NCBI GenBank assembly: GCA_944348085.1
Contig: CALVMU010000005.1
Location: 1-60,203, forward strand
DNA: 60,203 nt
Reading direction: 5' to 3'
Source: an uncultured Clostridia bacterium
Lineage (GTDB): Bacteria; Bacillota; Clostridia; Christensenellales; UBA1242
In this document: positions 20,095-30,080 of the stretch, one piece after another
Layout of the letters: each line of letters starts with the position of its first letter
How positions within the stretch are numbered: the first letter of the stretch is position 1
Program-made: the position numbers and the translations under genes
Notes under the pieces: model-generated
Databases searched by the model: none
Seen by the model: only the letters and a program-made list of their open reading frames with translations
What the model was told of the DNA's origin: nothing

Positions 20095-20820
20095 CTAAAA
20101 AGTTGAGGCATAAATTTGATACATAATAACAGCGCCTGAAACGGCAGCGTTCAAGCTTTCAACACCTTTTTCCATTGGAATGGACAATGTTTTTGAGCAA
20201 AGGCTTGAGATTTTTTCGCTAACGCCCTGTCCTTCATTGCCAATTGCCACACCAACGATGCCTTGAAATTTGGCTTTGAAGACATTTTCGCCATTCATAT
20301 CAGCTTTATATATGACCAAATTGTTGTCTTTGGCAAGTTTTGCAAATTCATCTTTGCTTGTTGAATAAATTTTCGCGTTAAAAATTGTGCCAACCGAGCT
20401 TCTTACAAGCTTCGAGTTTGTCACTTTAACGCTGTCAAGCAAATAAATGTGTTTAAAACCACAGGCAACTGCAGTTCGAATAAGCGTTCCGACATTGCCT
20501 GGGTCTTGCAAAGTGTCTATAACCAAAAAGTTTGTTTTTGGTGCTGACAATTCAATATCTTGTAGGTATTCTGCAATGCATAATACTCCCTGTGGTGTTT
20601 TGCAATCGGAAAGCTGTTCGATTGTTTTTCGCTCTACAAGATAAGTTGGCATATCTTTCCAAGCAGACAGCTCTTCTTTTTCAACTAAAATCAACTTTGG
20701 TTTGATGCCACTTTCAATTGCGTCATTTATAATCTTGATGTTATCCAAAAAAAGCAAAGAACTGTTTTCTCGTTTTTGCTTTTTTAAATCTTTAATTAGG
20801 TTTATGCTAGCCTTTAGCAT
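20095..20820 (-). CDS. TrmH/SpoU family RNA methyltransferase
   Basis: QDPGNVGTLIRTA, GNEGQG, ESLNAAVS; follows rplT. Confidence 0.9.
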   Translation of the reverse strand: MLKASINLIKDLKKQKRENSSLLFLDNIKIINDAIESGIKPKLILVEKEELSAWKDMPTYLVERKTIEQLSDCKTPQGVLCIAEYLQDIELSAPKTNFLVIDTLQDPGNVGTLIRTAVACGFKHIYLLDSVKVTNSKLVRSSVGTIFNAKIYSTSKDEFAKLAKDNNLVIYKADMNGENVFKAKFQGIVGVAIGNEGQGVSEKISSLCSKTLSIPMEKGVESLNAAVSGAVIMYQIYASTF

Positions 20821-21161
20821 TACTTAACTTGTCCTACAAGCTCAGCGAAAGCTTCAGGTTCTCTTACTGCCATGTCAGCAAGCACTTTTCTGTTAAGTTC
20901 GATGTTTTTGCTTTTAAGTCCAGCGATGAATTTAGAATAAGAAATTCCGTTAAGTCTGCAAGCAGCATTGATTCTTGTGATCCAAAGTGCTCTGAAATCT
21001 CTTTTCTTTTGTTTACGGCCAATGTATGCGTATTGTCCGCTCTTCATAACTTGTTCTCTTGCTGTTCTGTAAAGCTTAGACTTTGCTCCTCTATATCCCT
21101 TTGCGCTTTTAAGGATAGAACGGCGTTTTTTTACTGCGTTAACTGCTCTTTTAATTCTCAT
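20820..21161 (-). CDS. rplT: 50S ribosomal protein L20
   Basis: [25 protein letters not shown]. Confidence 0.98.
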   Translation of the reverse strand: MRIKRAVNAVKKRRSILKSAKGYRGAKSKLYRTAREQVMKSGQYAYIGRKQKKRDFRALWITRINAACRLNGISYSKFIAGLKSKNIELNRKVLADMAVREPEAFAELVGQVK

Positions 21162-21172
21162 TTTTTATCCTC

Positions 21173-21367
21173 CTATCTAGCCAAAAGGGACTTGATGTTG
21201 TCTGCATTTTTACCTGCAATGTAAGACCCTTTTCTAAGTTTTCTTTTTCTTGCTTGTGATTTTGTTGTAAGGAAATGTCCTTTTCCTGGTCTAGCATATT
21301 TTACTTGACCATTTGCGGTTACTTTAAAACGCTTTTTGCATCCGCTATGTGTTTTTTGTTTTGGCAT
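21173..21367 (-). CDS. rpmI: 50S ribosomal protein L35
   Basis: MPKQKTHSGCKKRFKVT. Confidence 0.97.
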   Translation of the reverse strand: MPKQKTHSGCKKRFKVTANGQVKYARPGKGHFLTTKSQARKRKLRKGSYIAGKNADNIKSLLAR

Positions 21368-21380
21368 AATCTTTCTCCTT

Positions 21381-21893
21381 TTATTGTTTGTTTGGGGTTA
21401 TGACTGCAAAGATATTTCGACCTACATGCTCTGGCTCTTTATCAAGCGAGCCAAATTCGCTAAGTCGTGAACAAAAATCTTTAACAATTTCAATCGCTTT
21501 TTTGACATAGGCCTGTTCTCTGCCTTTCATGCGAAGTGAAACCTTCACTTTGTCACCATTTTTGAGGAACTTCTGTGCATTTGCAAGACGATATTTTATG
21601 TCGTGCTCTTCAATGGTCATAGAAAGCCTAACCTCTTTGGTTTCGATGATTTTTTGAGACTTTTTGATTTCCTTTTCTTTTTTAAGCGCATCGTATTTAA
21701 ACTTTCCATAGTTCAAAAGTCTGCAAACTGCTGGATTTGAATTTCCAGCCATTAAGACAAGGTCCAGTCCTTTTTCCTCAGCAATAGCCTTGGCTTCTTG
21801 ATTTGAAACGATGCCAAGTTGTTCGCCATTTTCACCAATAAGTCTGATTTGTGGTGCTGAGATTTGTTCGTTGATTAAAAGTTCTTTAAAAAT
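21381..21893 (-). CDS. infC: Translation initiation factor IF-3 (ATT start at 21893)
   Basis: Frame extends upstream of the ORF call: ATT-FKELLINEQI...IRLIGENGEQLG; AGGGG RBS; ATT start is typical of infC. Confidence 0.93.
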   Translation of the reverse strand: MFKELLINEQISAPQIRLIGENGEQLGIVSNQEAKAIAEEKGLDLVLMAGNSNPAVCRLLNYGKFKYDALKKEKEIKKSQKIIETKEVRLSMTIEEHDIKYRLANAQKFLKNGDKVKVSLRMKGREQAYVKKAIEIVKDFCSRLSEFGSLDKEPEHVGRNIFAVITPNKQ

Positions 21894-21914
21894 TGTTTCA
21901 TACCCCTTTTAATA

Positions 21915-22050
21915 AAATATAGTGGAAGCACAAAGTTCCACTATAACCAAATTCAATCTAAAAGAACGCCAACAAAGACAGTCTTTTATTAATTAAGTTA
22001 TTACCAATTCAACGCAATTATCGAATGGTGAGAAGTGGAAACTTCTACTT
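21915..22050 (-). promoter_or_regulatory. L20 leader (infC-rpmI-rplT autoregulation)
   Basis: AGAAG-TTTCCA-CTTCTCACC hairpin, then ATAGTGGAA...TTCCACTAT terminator hairpin with complementarity to the first loop. Confidence 0.75.
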
Positions 22051-22066
22051 TCATGCTTAGAATATA

Positions 22067-22642
22067 TCACACTTTAGAATCTTTGTCAACTGATTTTTGC
22101 ATTTTTTTGAAAGTTCTTTCATAAATTTTTCCAATTTTTAAAATTATATGGTTGGAGCGCCGAACAGCACGCTCTTTCATAAGCGCTTTAAAAAAGATTG
22201 TAAAGCCAGCGATCACGGCTGTTGTAAAGATTGAAATCAGTGTTATAAGATTCAGATTTTGAGTGTTTTTGGTGATGTAAAGCACAATACTTGCTCCGCC
22301 TGCCCCACACAAAGTGCTGCAAATGTCTCCTACAACATCGGCACAAAAAGAGCATACTTTTTCGCAATTTTTGACAATTCTATAGCCAGTTTCAGAGCCC
22401 TCAACCTTTTTAGAGCGCCAAATTTTAAAAACTTCTATATCAGCACTTGCTGACGCAATGCCAACCATATCAAAAATTGTTGAAATAAAAATAAAAAAGA
22501 TGATGCCTGCAATTGCAAATAAAATACCCATTCTGGAAAAGACAACTTGGCTTAAAAATCCAAATGCGATTGACAAACACAGCGTCATTATAAGCATTCT
22601 TGACGCCCACAAAAAATTTAACCGCCTGCGTTTTTGTTTCAC
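22067..22642 (-). CDS. Conserved membrane protein (CNNM/DUF21-like TM domain only)
   Basis: 4 TM segments; FDMVGIA, SFCADVVGDIC motifs; GTG start. Confidence 0.6.
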   Translation of the reverse strand: MKQKRRRLNFLWASRMLIMTLCLSIAFGFLSQVVFSRMGILFAIAGIIFFIFISTIFDMVGIASASADIEVFKIWRSKKVEGSETGYRIVKNCEKVCSFCADVVGDICSTLCGAGGASIVLYITKNTQNLNLITLISIFTTAVIAGFTIFFKALMKERAVRRSNHIILKIGKIYERTFKKMQKSVDKDSKV

Positions 22643-22701
22643 ATTTATATTATATTGCCAAAACTTTTTCTATATGAAAACTTTAGTAAAACACATTTAT
22701 G

Positions 22702-22755
22702 CATATTTTGTGGCTATTCTGCAATGCATAATACTATATTTTGTAGTATTATGCA
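22702..22755. repeat. GCATAATA-motif cluster including a perfect 12-7-12 palindrome
   Basis: TGCATAATACTA-TATTTTG-TAGTATTATGCA (22725-22755) plus a reverse copy at 22702-22723. Confidence 0.75.
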
Positions 22756-22787
22756 AAACTTATGACTTTTTGCTTTTGGTGAATGCT

Positions 22788-23003
22788 TTAAATTTCTTCA
22801 AGCTTTCCAAGCGAAGTTTGGATTTCGCTTAATTTGCCTTTTGCTTTTGTAAGGCTTTCGTAGCAAATTTTGACCAGTTTTTCCCCTTCTGCAAATTTGG
22901 CAAGAGACTCTTCAAGAGACAAAGAACCGCTTTCGATTTTATCTATTATCTCTTGGAGTTGTGCCATTGCCTCTTCAAATGAGAGTTTGCTTTCAGTTTC
23001 CAT
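22788..23003 (-). CDS. xseB: Exodeoxyribonuclease VII small subunit
   Basis: SFEEAMAQLQEII..IESG.LSLEESL. Confidence 0.93.
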   Translation of the reverse strand: METESKLSFEEAMAQLQEIIDKIESGSLSLEESLAKFAEGEKLVKICYESLTKAKGKLSEIQTSLGKLEEI

Positions 23004-24715
23004 TACAGAGCCTCCATTTCTTCTTTTATAATTTTCTCTAAAGTTTGAGTCAAATCCTCAAGTTTGACCATGATTTTTTCGCCAGATTTTCTGATTGTGA
23101 TTTCTGCTTCGTCATTTGCAAGCGACCTTGGGCTTATCAGCACTCTAAGTGGAATTCCCATAAGCTCGCTGTCTGTAAGTTTGACCCCTGCAGATACTTT
23201 TCGGTCATCATAGAGCACTTCAAACTTTTCTGACAGGCTTTGTTCAAGCTCTTCTGCCTTTTTTGCAACCATTTCATCGTCAAGTCTGAGTGGGCAAAGA
23301 TAAATTTGCCATGGCGTAATACTCATTGGCCAAACAAGACCTTTGTCATCGCACGACTCCTCTGCAACAGAGGCAAGTGCTCTGCCAACGCCAATTCCAT
23401 AGCAAGCCATAAGTGGATTGATAGAAGTTCCGTCAGCCATTGCAATTGTCATATCCATTGCTTTTGTGTATTTTGTGCCAAGTTGGAAGATGTTTCCAAT
23501 TTCGATGCCTCTTTTGATCTCAAGTGGAGCTCCACAAATTGGACACTTGTCGCCCTCTTTGACTTTGCTGATGTCAAAGAATTTTACATCTTTAAGGTCT
23601 CGCTCAACATTGACGCCTTTTGTGTGATAGCCTTCTTTGTTTGAACCTGTAACCATTCCCTTCATGCCAGCAAGCGAGCTGTCAAACAGAACGATAGTGT
23701 TTGGAATGTTTAAATCTAAGCAACCGATATTTCCTTTTACAAAGCCAGTTTCAGAGAGGTCTTTTACCGCAACATCTTTGCCTAAAATGCGTTTAAGCTT
23801 TGCTTCGTTGACCTCTTTGTCGCCTCTTATAAACACAACTGCAGTGTTTTTGTCATCGCCAACCATAGCGTAGCAAACGGCTTTGATAGTTTGAGAAGCA
23901 CTGATTTTTAAAAGTGAGCAAACCTCTTCAATGGTTTTTGCCTCGCCAGTGAAAACCTCTTCAAGTTTTTCATCTTTGAACTCTGGCTTTTCTTCAATAG
24001 CGGTTGCAACTTCCATATTTGCCTTGTAACCACATTTTGGACAGATAACAATGCTGTCTTCGCCAATGTCTGTCAAAAGCATAAATTCATGCGCAACATC
24101 TCCGCCCATCATGCCAGTGTCAGATTTGACTGCAATAAAATTTTTCATTCCGATGCGTTTGAAGATGCGGTTATAGCTGTCATACACTTTTTGGTAGTAG
24201 CTTTTAAGTTCTTCTTTGTCATAGTGGAAAGAGTAAGCGTCTTTCATGGTGAACTCTCTCACTCTGATAAGTCCAGCTCTTGGGCGCGCCTCATCTCTGA
24301 ATTTTGTTTGGATTTGATAGATCATAAAAGGAAGCTGGTCATAGCTTTTGACTGTGTTTTGACAAAGGTGAACGGCAGCTTCTTCATGTGTCATTCCAAG
24401 AAGCATATCGTGGTCGTTGCGGTCTTTAAAGCGCACCATTTCTGCTCCAATTGAGGAATATCGTCCGCTTTTATCCCACATTTCGCGTGGCATTACAACT
24501 GGGAATAAAACTTCTTGTCCGCCAACCTTGTTCATTTCTTCTCTTATGATTTTTTGAATTTTCAAGTTGACAAGCTCTGCTGGTGTGAGCATTGAAAAAA
24601 TGCCGTTGCACACCTGTTTTAAATAGCCAGCTCTAAGCAAAAAGTTATGGCTTTTCACATTGACGCCATTTGCGTTGTCTTTTAATCTTTCTCCTACAAG
24701 TTTGCTGATTCTCAT
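23003..24715 (-). CDS. proS: Prolyl-tRNA synthetase (bacterial type, with INS editing domain)
   Basis: LLRAG, THEE, KFRDEARPR, GIEIGNIFQLGTKY, CYGIGV. Confidence 0.96.
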   Translation of the reverse strand: MRISKLVGERLKDNANGVNVKSHNFLLRAGYLKQVCNGIFSMLTPAELVNLKIQKIIREEMNKVGGQEVLFPVVMPREMWDKSGRYSSIGAEMVRFKDRNDHDMLLGMTHEEAAVHLCQNTVKSYDQLPFMIYQIQTKFRDEARPRAGLIRVREFTMKDAYSFHYDKEELKSYYQKVYDSYNRIFKRIGMKNFIAVKSDTGMMGGDVAHEFMLLTDIGEDSIVICPKCGYKANMEVATAIEEKPEFKDEKLEEVFTGEAKTIEEVCSLLKISASQTIKAVCYAMVGDDKNTAVVFIRGDKEVNEAKLKRILGKDVAVKDLSETGFVKGNIGCLDLNIPNTIVLFDSSLAGMKGMVTGSNKEGYHTKGVNVERDLKDVKFFDISKVKEGDKCPICGAPLEIKRGIEIGNIFQLGTKYTKAMDMTIAMADGTSINPLMACYGIGVGRALASVAEESCDDKGLVWPMSITPWQIYLCPLRLDDEMVAKKAEELEQSLSEKFEVLYDDRKVSAGVKLTDSELMGIPLRVLISPRSLANDEAEITIRKSGEKIMVKLEDLTQTLEKIIKEEMEAL

Positions 24716-25893
24716 TGTTTCTCCTTTATTGGACTTGCTTTGATAGAGCCATCTTTGAAATATATTGAAAGCTCTTTTTCATAGTCGACTTGCCCTTTCT
24801 CTGCAATTGTCTTTCCGCTTTGCTCAATTTTTGCGTAACCGTTTTTCAAAATGTTTTGTGGATTGATTTTGCTGAGAGTGTTTTCGCACAGTCCAATTTC
24901 ATAATATTTTGTGTTTAAAAAGTTTTGTGCCAAGTTGTTAAAACTTTTCAGCGAGCCATGATAGACAAGTTTGTTTTCCAAAATTTTCTTTTCAAAGTAA
25001 CCGCTCGCCTCTGCTATCATATTATATAAAATGTCCCTCTTCTCGTCAACATAATCGCCAAGAAGATACAAAAATTTTTGTTTTATTGAGGCAAAAAGCC
25101 CTTTTTGAACCTCTTTGTCGCCTGTGACGAGTTCGGCTGCTGCTGAAGGCGTTGGAGCTCTAAGGTCAGAGACAAAGTCAATGATTGTATAGTCGGTTTC
25201 GTGGCCAACAGCCGAGATAATCATCTTTGGACAGTTATAGGTTGCCCTTGCAACGATTTCTGTGTTGTAAGCTGCTAAATCTTCTAGACTGCCACCGCCT
25301 CGAGCCACAATGATAAGGTCAATCTTTTCGTAGTCTCCCATAAGTTCAATCGCTTTTGCAATCTCTTTTTCAGCACCAATCCCCTGCACCTTTGTGTTGT
25401 AAAGCACAATGTCAAGCGAAGGATTACGGCGCCAAGCAACATTTTTTATATCTTGAATGACTGCGCCCTCTTTTGAAGTTATCACTCCAATTCGCTCAAT
25501 CTTCTTTGGCAAAGGTTTTTTATGGCTTTGGTCAAACAGCCCTTCCGCTTCAAGTTTTGCTTTGAGCGCCAAAAACTCTTCATAAAGTTTGCCTTGTCCG
25601 AGCGCTTCAACTCTTATAACATTGAAATTCAGTTTGCCTGCCTTTGCATAAAAGTTTGGGCTTCCATGACAAATGAGTTTTGCGCCTTCCACAATTTGAG
25701 GTGCAAACGCTGGATAAAAGCACACGCAAGGAATGGAGGCAGTTTCATCTTTAAGAGAAAAATATATCACATTGCGCGAAAAACTCACCCCATAAACTTC
25801 GCCAAGCAGCGGAATGTTATGAAGCATCTCTTCGCTGTCAAAAATGCGTTTGATATAGCCGTTAAGCTGTGAGACAGTGATATATTCTTGCAT
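24712..25893 (-). CDS. xseA: Exodeoxyribonuclease VII large subunit
   Basis: YFSLKD, ARGGGSLEDL, SAVGHETD, RAPTPSAAAE. Confidence 0.96.
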   Translation of the reverse strand: MQEYITVSQLNGYIKRIFDSEEMLHNIPLLGEVYGVSFSRNVIYFSLKDETASIPCVCFYPAFAPQIVEGAKLICHGSPNFYAKAGKLNFNVIRVEALGQGKLYEEFLALKAKLEAEGLFDQSHKKPLPKKIERIGVITSKEGAVIQDIKNVAWRRNPSLDIVLYNTKVQGIGAEKEIAKAIELMGDYEKIDLIIVARGGGSLEDLAAYNTEIVARATYNCPKMIISAVGHETDYTIIDFVSDLRAPTPSAAAELVTGDKEVQKGLFASIKQKFLYLLGDYVDEKRDILYNMIAEASGYFEKKILENKLVYHGSLKSFNNLAQNFLNTKYYEIGLCENTLSKINPQNILKNGYAKIEQSGKTIAEKGQVDYEKELSIYFKDGSIKASPIKEKQ

Positions 25894-25902
25894 TTTCAAT
25901 CC

Positions 25903-26289
25903 TTAAAGCTTTTTACAAATTGCTGACAAAACACCATTTACAAAACGAGAACTCTTTTCAGTTGAATAGATTTTTGCAAGGTTTACAACCTCGTTTATCA
26001 CCACAGGAACTGGAGATGAAAGATATTTGATTTCGCTTAAAGCTTCATAAATCAGTGCCAGGTCAACTTTATAAACGCGGTCAAGTTCATAACCCACAAG
26101 GTTTGCGCTTACAAGTTCTTCCAGTTCTTTGCGATGAGCAGAGAAGGCTGAAACAATGTCTTTGCAAAAAGAAATGTCTTCTTCTTTTTTTAATGAAACA
26201 AAAAACTCTTCATCAAAAGGTTTTTCGCTTTCGGTGAAAAGTCTTTCAAAAATAAGTTGAAACGCGCTCTCGCGAGCTTTTGCTCTCAT
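25903..26289 (-). CDS. nusB: Transcription antitermination factor NusB
   Basis: ARE, VVINEVVNLAK, FVNGVL. Confidence 0.93.
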   Translation of the reverse strand: MRAKARESAFQLIFERLFTESEKPFDEEFFVSLKKEEDISFCKDIVSAFSAHRKELEELVSANLVGYELDRVYKVDLALIYEALSEIKYLSSPVPVVINEVVNLAKIYSTEKSSRFVNGVLSAICKKL

Positions 26290-26660
26290 TAGTTTTCTCC
26301 TGATCCTTCTTTATCGCACACAACGCCATAAACATGGACATTGATTTTTCCTGGTTTTAATCCGACCATTGAACCGAGTGAGTTTTTGATGTTCTCTTGA
26401 ACTCTGTAGGCAATGTCTGGCACAGAATAGCCAATGTAAACTTTTACATAGACATCTATGTTGATTTTTCCGTTAAGGTCAAATTTTATGCTTACGCCCT
26501 CACTCTTTGGCTTGACAAGTTTTTTATACCAAGGAAGGTATGCGTTTGTAAGAGATTCAACTCCATTGATTTCTTTTGTTGCAAGATTGATGATTGAAAG
26601 AAGAATATCTCTGTCAATTTCAACTTTACCCTTGTTTTGTAATGTTTTTGTTTTTGCCAT
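26289..26660 (-). CDS. Asp23/Gls24 family protein
   Basis: GKVEI, IDVYV...G.SVPDIA..VQENIK; canonical position before nusB. Confidence 0.88.
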   Translation of the reverse strand: MAKTKTLQNKGKVEIDRDILLSIINLATKEINGVESLTNAYLPWYKKLVKPKSEGVSIKFDLNGKINIDVYVKVYIGYSVPDIAYRVQENIKNSLGSMVGLKPGKINVHVYGVVCDKEGSGEN

Positions 26661-26711
26661 AAACAACTCCTATTCTTTTGTATTATATCATACTTTTTCT
26701 GCTTTTGGCAA

Positions 26712-27179
26712 TTATTCTACTGGAATAATTTTAATATTTGCAATATTTGTTTGAAGTTCGGTCTGAATTACCGACACAATTTGAGCCACTTGGTCAGATG
26801 TGAGGCTGGCAGCTTTTACAACAGCGTTGACATTGTTGTCAGAAATTGTTATAACGCAATCTTCAAAACCCTTTGCTTTGATAAGGCCTTCAACAACAAG
26901 CTCTTTTTCCATTTGAGCAACAAGAGAAAGTCTTGCCTCTTCTGCGTTTGCAATTGCCTCGTCAGTTGAGGTGTCACTGGCAATGATTGAGTCGTAATAG
27001 AGCATTTCTTGGTCACGCATAGATTCGCGGTCGCTTCTGTAGGTTTGGAAATAGTTTGAAGTCTCTGTCACTGGGTCTGAATTGTTTATTGAGCTGTTGA
27101 GCACAATGTTAAGATAGGCAGTCACGCCAAGCAAAAGAATCATAGCAGATAAAATGATAATTTTTGTTCTCTTTTTCAT
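26712..27179 (-). CDS. spoIIIAH: Stage III sporulation protein AH
   Basis: N-terminal TM; YF...R.DRE; EGLIKAKGFEDCVI. Confidence 0.9.
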   Translation of the reverse strand: MKKRTKIIILSAMILLLGVTAYLNIVLNSSINNSDPVTETSNYFQTYRSDRESMRDQEMLYYDSIIASDTSTDEAIANAEEARLSLVAQMEKELVVEGLIKAKGFEDCVITISDNNVNAVVKAASLTSDQVAQIVSVIQTELQTNIANIKIIPVE

Positions 27180-27194
27180 AATCAAATCTCCTTT

Positions 27195-27731
27195 TTATTT
27201 TGATGTATAAATCGAAATGTTTGAACTGGTTACATTAACCACCGTTTGAATAAGTGAGATAATGTTCATCTTTACAGAAACATTGTCTGCTCCTGCGCAT
27301 ACAACAACAATCCCTTTGATGACTGGATAAAGCTCTTCGATAAGCACAGGTTGTCCATCCACCATAACAACTGTTGTCGATGTTGTTGTGTTTCCACTAG
27401 CCGATGTTCTAGTTTCCTCTTCAGTAAGGTAGACATATTCAAAGCCTTTCTCAAGTGTAATCACAACATCCACATTGCCTGTCCCTTCGATTTGTGAGAT
27501 TACATTTTCAAGTTTATTCTCGAGTGATGCCACATATTCCTCAGAAGCGGTTAAATTTGCAGAAGTTGTGTCGTCATTTGTCGAAGGCGATGGCGAGCTT
27601 GTCAAGAATGAAGAAAAGTAAATCACCGCAATCAAAACAGCAAGACCAATTGCAACATACAGATAAAAGTTTTTGCTTTTTTTGAGCTTAAGCGCAAACT
27701 CTTTGATGCTTGTCCAAAATTTATTCTTCAT
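27195..27731 (-). CDS. spoIIIAG: Stage III sporulation protein AG
   Basis: LENKLENVISQIEGTG.VDV.IT; P.IKGIVVV..GA. Confidence 0.9.
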   Translation of the reverse strand: MKNKFWTSIKEFALKLKKSKNFYLYVAIGLAVLIAVIYFSSFLTSSPSPSTNDDTTSANLTASEEYVASLENKLENVISQIEGTGNVDVVITLEKGFEYVYLTEEETRTSASGNTTTSTTVVMVDGQPVLIEELYPVIKGIVVVCAGADNVSVKMNIISLIQTVVNVTSSNISIYTSK

Positions 27732-28218
27732 AGAAAATGTAATCCTCCCCGATTGATAAATGATTTTTAACAATGCCAGTGATTTGCTGTTTGATTCTTA
27801 CTATATTTGTATGCTCGGCATTTGCAGTTATGACTAGATTTGTAAGATCGATGGTTGCACTTCTTATTTGAAAGGTGTTGTCAAAAATGTTTGATGAGAT
27901 ATATACCTTCACATTTTGATAGCCCTCATTTTCGATTTCTTTTTCGATTTCAGTTTGAAGAGCTGAAAGCTTGTCAAGGTTTATCTGCTCAATATAGTCT
28001 TCATCTGGCTGTATAACATTAGAGTTAAAAAAGTTTGATATGTCGATATTTTGATTTAAAAGCTTTGGAATGGGCGTCAAAATGACAAGCATGATGATAA
28101 AGGCAAAAATGCCTTTGATATATTTGTTCATGGCGCCAGAAGGCAAAATCAGTTCAACAAGCACCGACAAAAGCACAACGCCAGCAATAGAAAGAACCCA
28201 AGCCGATAAGGTTGACAT
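27721..28218 (-). CDS. spoIIIAF: Stage III sporulation protein AF
   Basis: ELILPSG.MNKYIK...ILTPI; operon position. Confidence 0.85.
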   Translation of the reverse strand: MSTLSAWVLSIAGVVLLSVLVELILPSGAMNKYIKGIFAFIIMLVILTPIPKLLNQNIDISNFFNSNVIQPDEDYIEQINLDKLSALQTEIEKEIENEGYQNVKVYISSNIFDNTFQIRSATIDLTNLVITANAEHTNIVRIKQQITGIVKNHLSIGEDYIFYEE

Positions 28219-28227
28219 AATCTCCTC

Positions 28228-29472
28228 CTAGAAAATATTTGCACTGCACATAACAAGCCCAAGCATGATGAAATAGACGAAAGACAGCGCTATGATAAGG
28301 CTTATAAGAAGCACCATACATTTTGAAAGCGAACTTGCAAAGGATGCAATTTGCTTGTTGCCAAGAGGCTCAACAATTCCTGCAATAAGTTTGAGTGCAA
28401 GCATAAAGACGATAAGGTCAAGAAGTGGCGACAAAATGCTTGCCAAAAGGAGAAACAGTCCTGCCACGCCAACCGCGTTTTTGATAAGGTTTGAAGATGC
28501 CAAAATGATGCCCATGCCGTCAGAGATATAAGAGCCAACTAGAGGCACATAGCTTCTTATGGCAAACTTGGCTGTTCTGATTGAAATTCCGTCTACCGAG
28601 CCTGCAGAAATCCCCTGCAATGAAATGAAAGCGGTAAAAATTGTAAACACAAGCCCTGTCACCCATTTGTAAGCACTGCTTAAAAAAGAGGAAAATTTTT
28701 CAAGTTTTACTGTGCTTGAAAGGTTTGATACAATTGTGAAAACAACGATAAAGATGAAGAGCGGAAGCAAAACATAAGTTGCAATCGAACCAATAATGTT
28801 TGACAAAACTGCCATGGCTGGTTGATAGATGCTTGCCGAGACCGTTCCTCCCATTGCTGTCAAAAGAGTCAACAGAATTGGAAAGATTGCGTCCATTTGA
28901 TTTTTAAGCGAAACAATCGTGTTTGTTGTTGAAACCAGCATTTGCGAGACAAGCGACAACAGAAGCACAACCACAATGCCGTAAGAGACAAAATTGATGA
29001 TGTTTGCCATGCTTTTGCCGTTTGTTGAAGGTCTTATGCCTTGAAGCATACTGCCAAGAATAGAAACACCGATTATGGCAGAAATCATAGGCAAAAGGCC
29101 TAAAACACTGCTTAGAAAACAGTCAAGCACTGCCTGCCAAAGAGATGATGAGTCGTTATATTCCCCTGCAATAAGTGAAGAAATTTTTTCTAGAAAGCTG
29201 GAGCCTCCAAAAATTGCAATTTGTCCGTCTGTAAAAGATTTTAAAACCTCGTCAAGAGATGAAAAGTCAAGGTCATCAAGTTGTGAGGCAACATTTTCTT
29301 CAAGGTCTTCAATAAGCTCTTCATCTGAGCTTGATGAGCTGTTTTCTGAAACGACCGTGTTTGATAAGCCTATCGAAGCACTTGTCTCTAAAGTGAGTGA
29401 GAAGGATTCTGCTTTTACAGCTGTTGGGCAGAAAAGAAACAGCAAGCAGGCCAAAAGCAAAAACTTTTTCAT
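28228..29472 (-). CDS. spoIIIAE: Stage III sporulation protein AE
   Basis: Polytopic; TAKFAI...VPLVG..ISD; LIKNAVGVAG. Confidence 0.92.
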   Translation of the reverse strand: MKKFLLLACLLFLFCPTAVKAESFSLTLETSASIGLSNTVVSENSSSSSDEELIEDLEENVASQLDDLDFSSLDEVLKSFTDGQIAIFGGSSFLEKISSLIAGEYNDSSSLWQAVLDCFLSSVLGLLPMISAIIGVSILGSMLQGIRPSTNGKSMANIINFVSYGIVVVLLLSLVSQMLVSTTNTIVSLKNQMDAIFPILLTLLTAMGGTVSASIYQPAMAVLSNIIGSIATYVLLPLFIFIVVFTIVSNLSSTVKLEKFSSFLSSAYKWVTGLVFTIFTAFISLQGISAGSVDGISIRTAKFAIRSYVPLVGSYISDGMGIILASSNLIKNAVGVAGLFLLLASILSPLLDLIVFMLALKLIAGIVEPLGNKQIASFASSLSKCMVLLISLIIALSFVYFIMLGLVMCSANIF

Positions 29473-29861
29473 GACGGCAAAAGCCCCATAATGATTTGCA
29501 AAATGCTTGTCACGATTGGAAGAGCCATAACCATGATGACAATTTTTCCGCCCAACAATATTTTGTCACCAAGGCTTGAGTTGCCAGTGTCTTGGCAAAT
29601 GCCGACAGCAAACTCAACAAGATAGCCAATTCCAATAATCTTTATAAGCAGTCTATAGAGATTTGAAGAAATTCCCGTTGCCGAGATTATATCTTTAAAA
29701 ATATCAAAAACATCGCTTAAGTATCCAAGCACAAGAAAAAGGATAACAAGCCCGCCAGCGATTGCAATAAAGATTGCAAAATCGCTACGAACAGGCTTGA
29801 CAATCAGAGTTGCCAGGCAAGTTATAAGCCCTATTGCGACAATTTTGATGATTATATCCAT
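29469..29861 (-). CDS. spoIIIAD: Stage III sporulation protein AD
   Basis: KIIGIGYLVEF...ICQD.G...GGKI. Confidence 0.92.
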   Translation of the reverse strand: MDIIIKIVAIGLITCLATLIVKPVRSDFAIFIAIAGGLVILFLVLGYLSDVFDIFKDIISATGISSNLYRLLIKIIGIGYLVEFAVGICQDTGNSSLGDKILLGGKIVIMVMALPIVTSILQIIMGLLPS

Positions 29862-29876
29862 ATCTCTCCAAATAAG

Positions 29877-30071
29877 CTAAAACTGAAAAAGATTGTTAAA
29901 AGTTGTGAAAAGTTCTCCTATCAAATTTAGCACCATAATAATCACAAGAATAAGCCCAGCAAGTGTTGCGATTGTGGAAATCTCTTCTCTGCCTGTTTGT
30001 TTCAAAATTTGCCCGATTATTGCAGTCAGAAGACCGATTGCTGCAATTTTGATGATGATTTCAACTCCCAT
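29877..30071 (-). CDS. spoIIIAC: Stage III sporulation protein AC
   Basis: IIKIAAIG...ILKQTGREE...TLAG. Confidence 0.92.
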   Translation of the reverse strand: MGVEIIIKIAAIGLLTAIIGQILKQTGREEISTIATLAGLILVIIMVLNLIGELFTTFNNLFQF

Positions 30072-30080
30072 AGCGCCTCC

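Noticed and set aside
21381-21893. Truncated infC as given in the ORF track
   Set aside because: The reading frame extends to a normal ATT start at 21893, a known feature of infC
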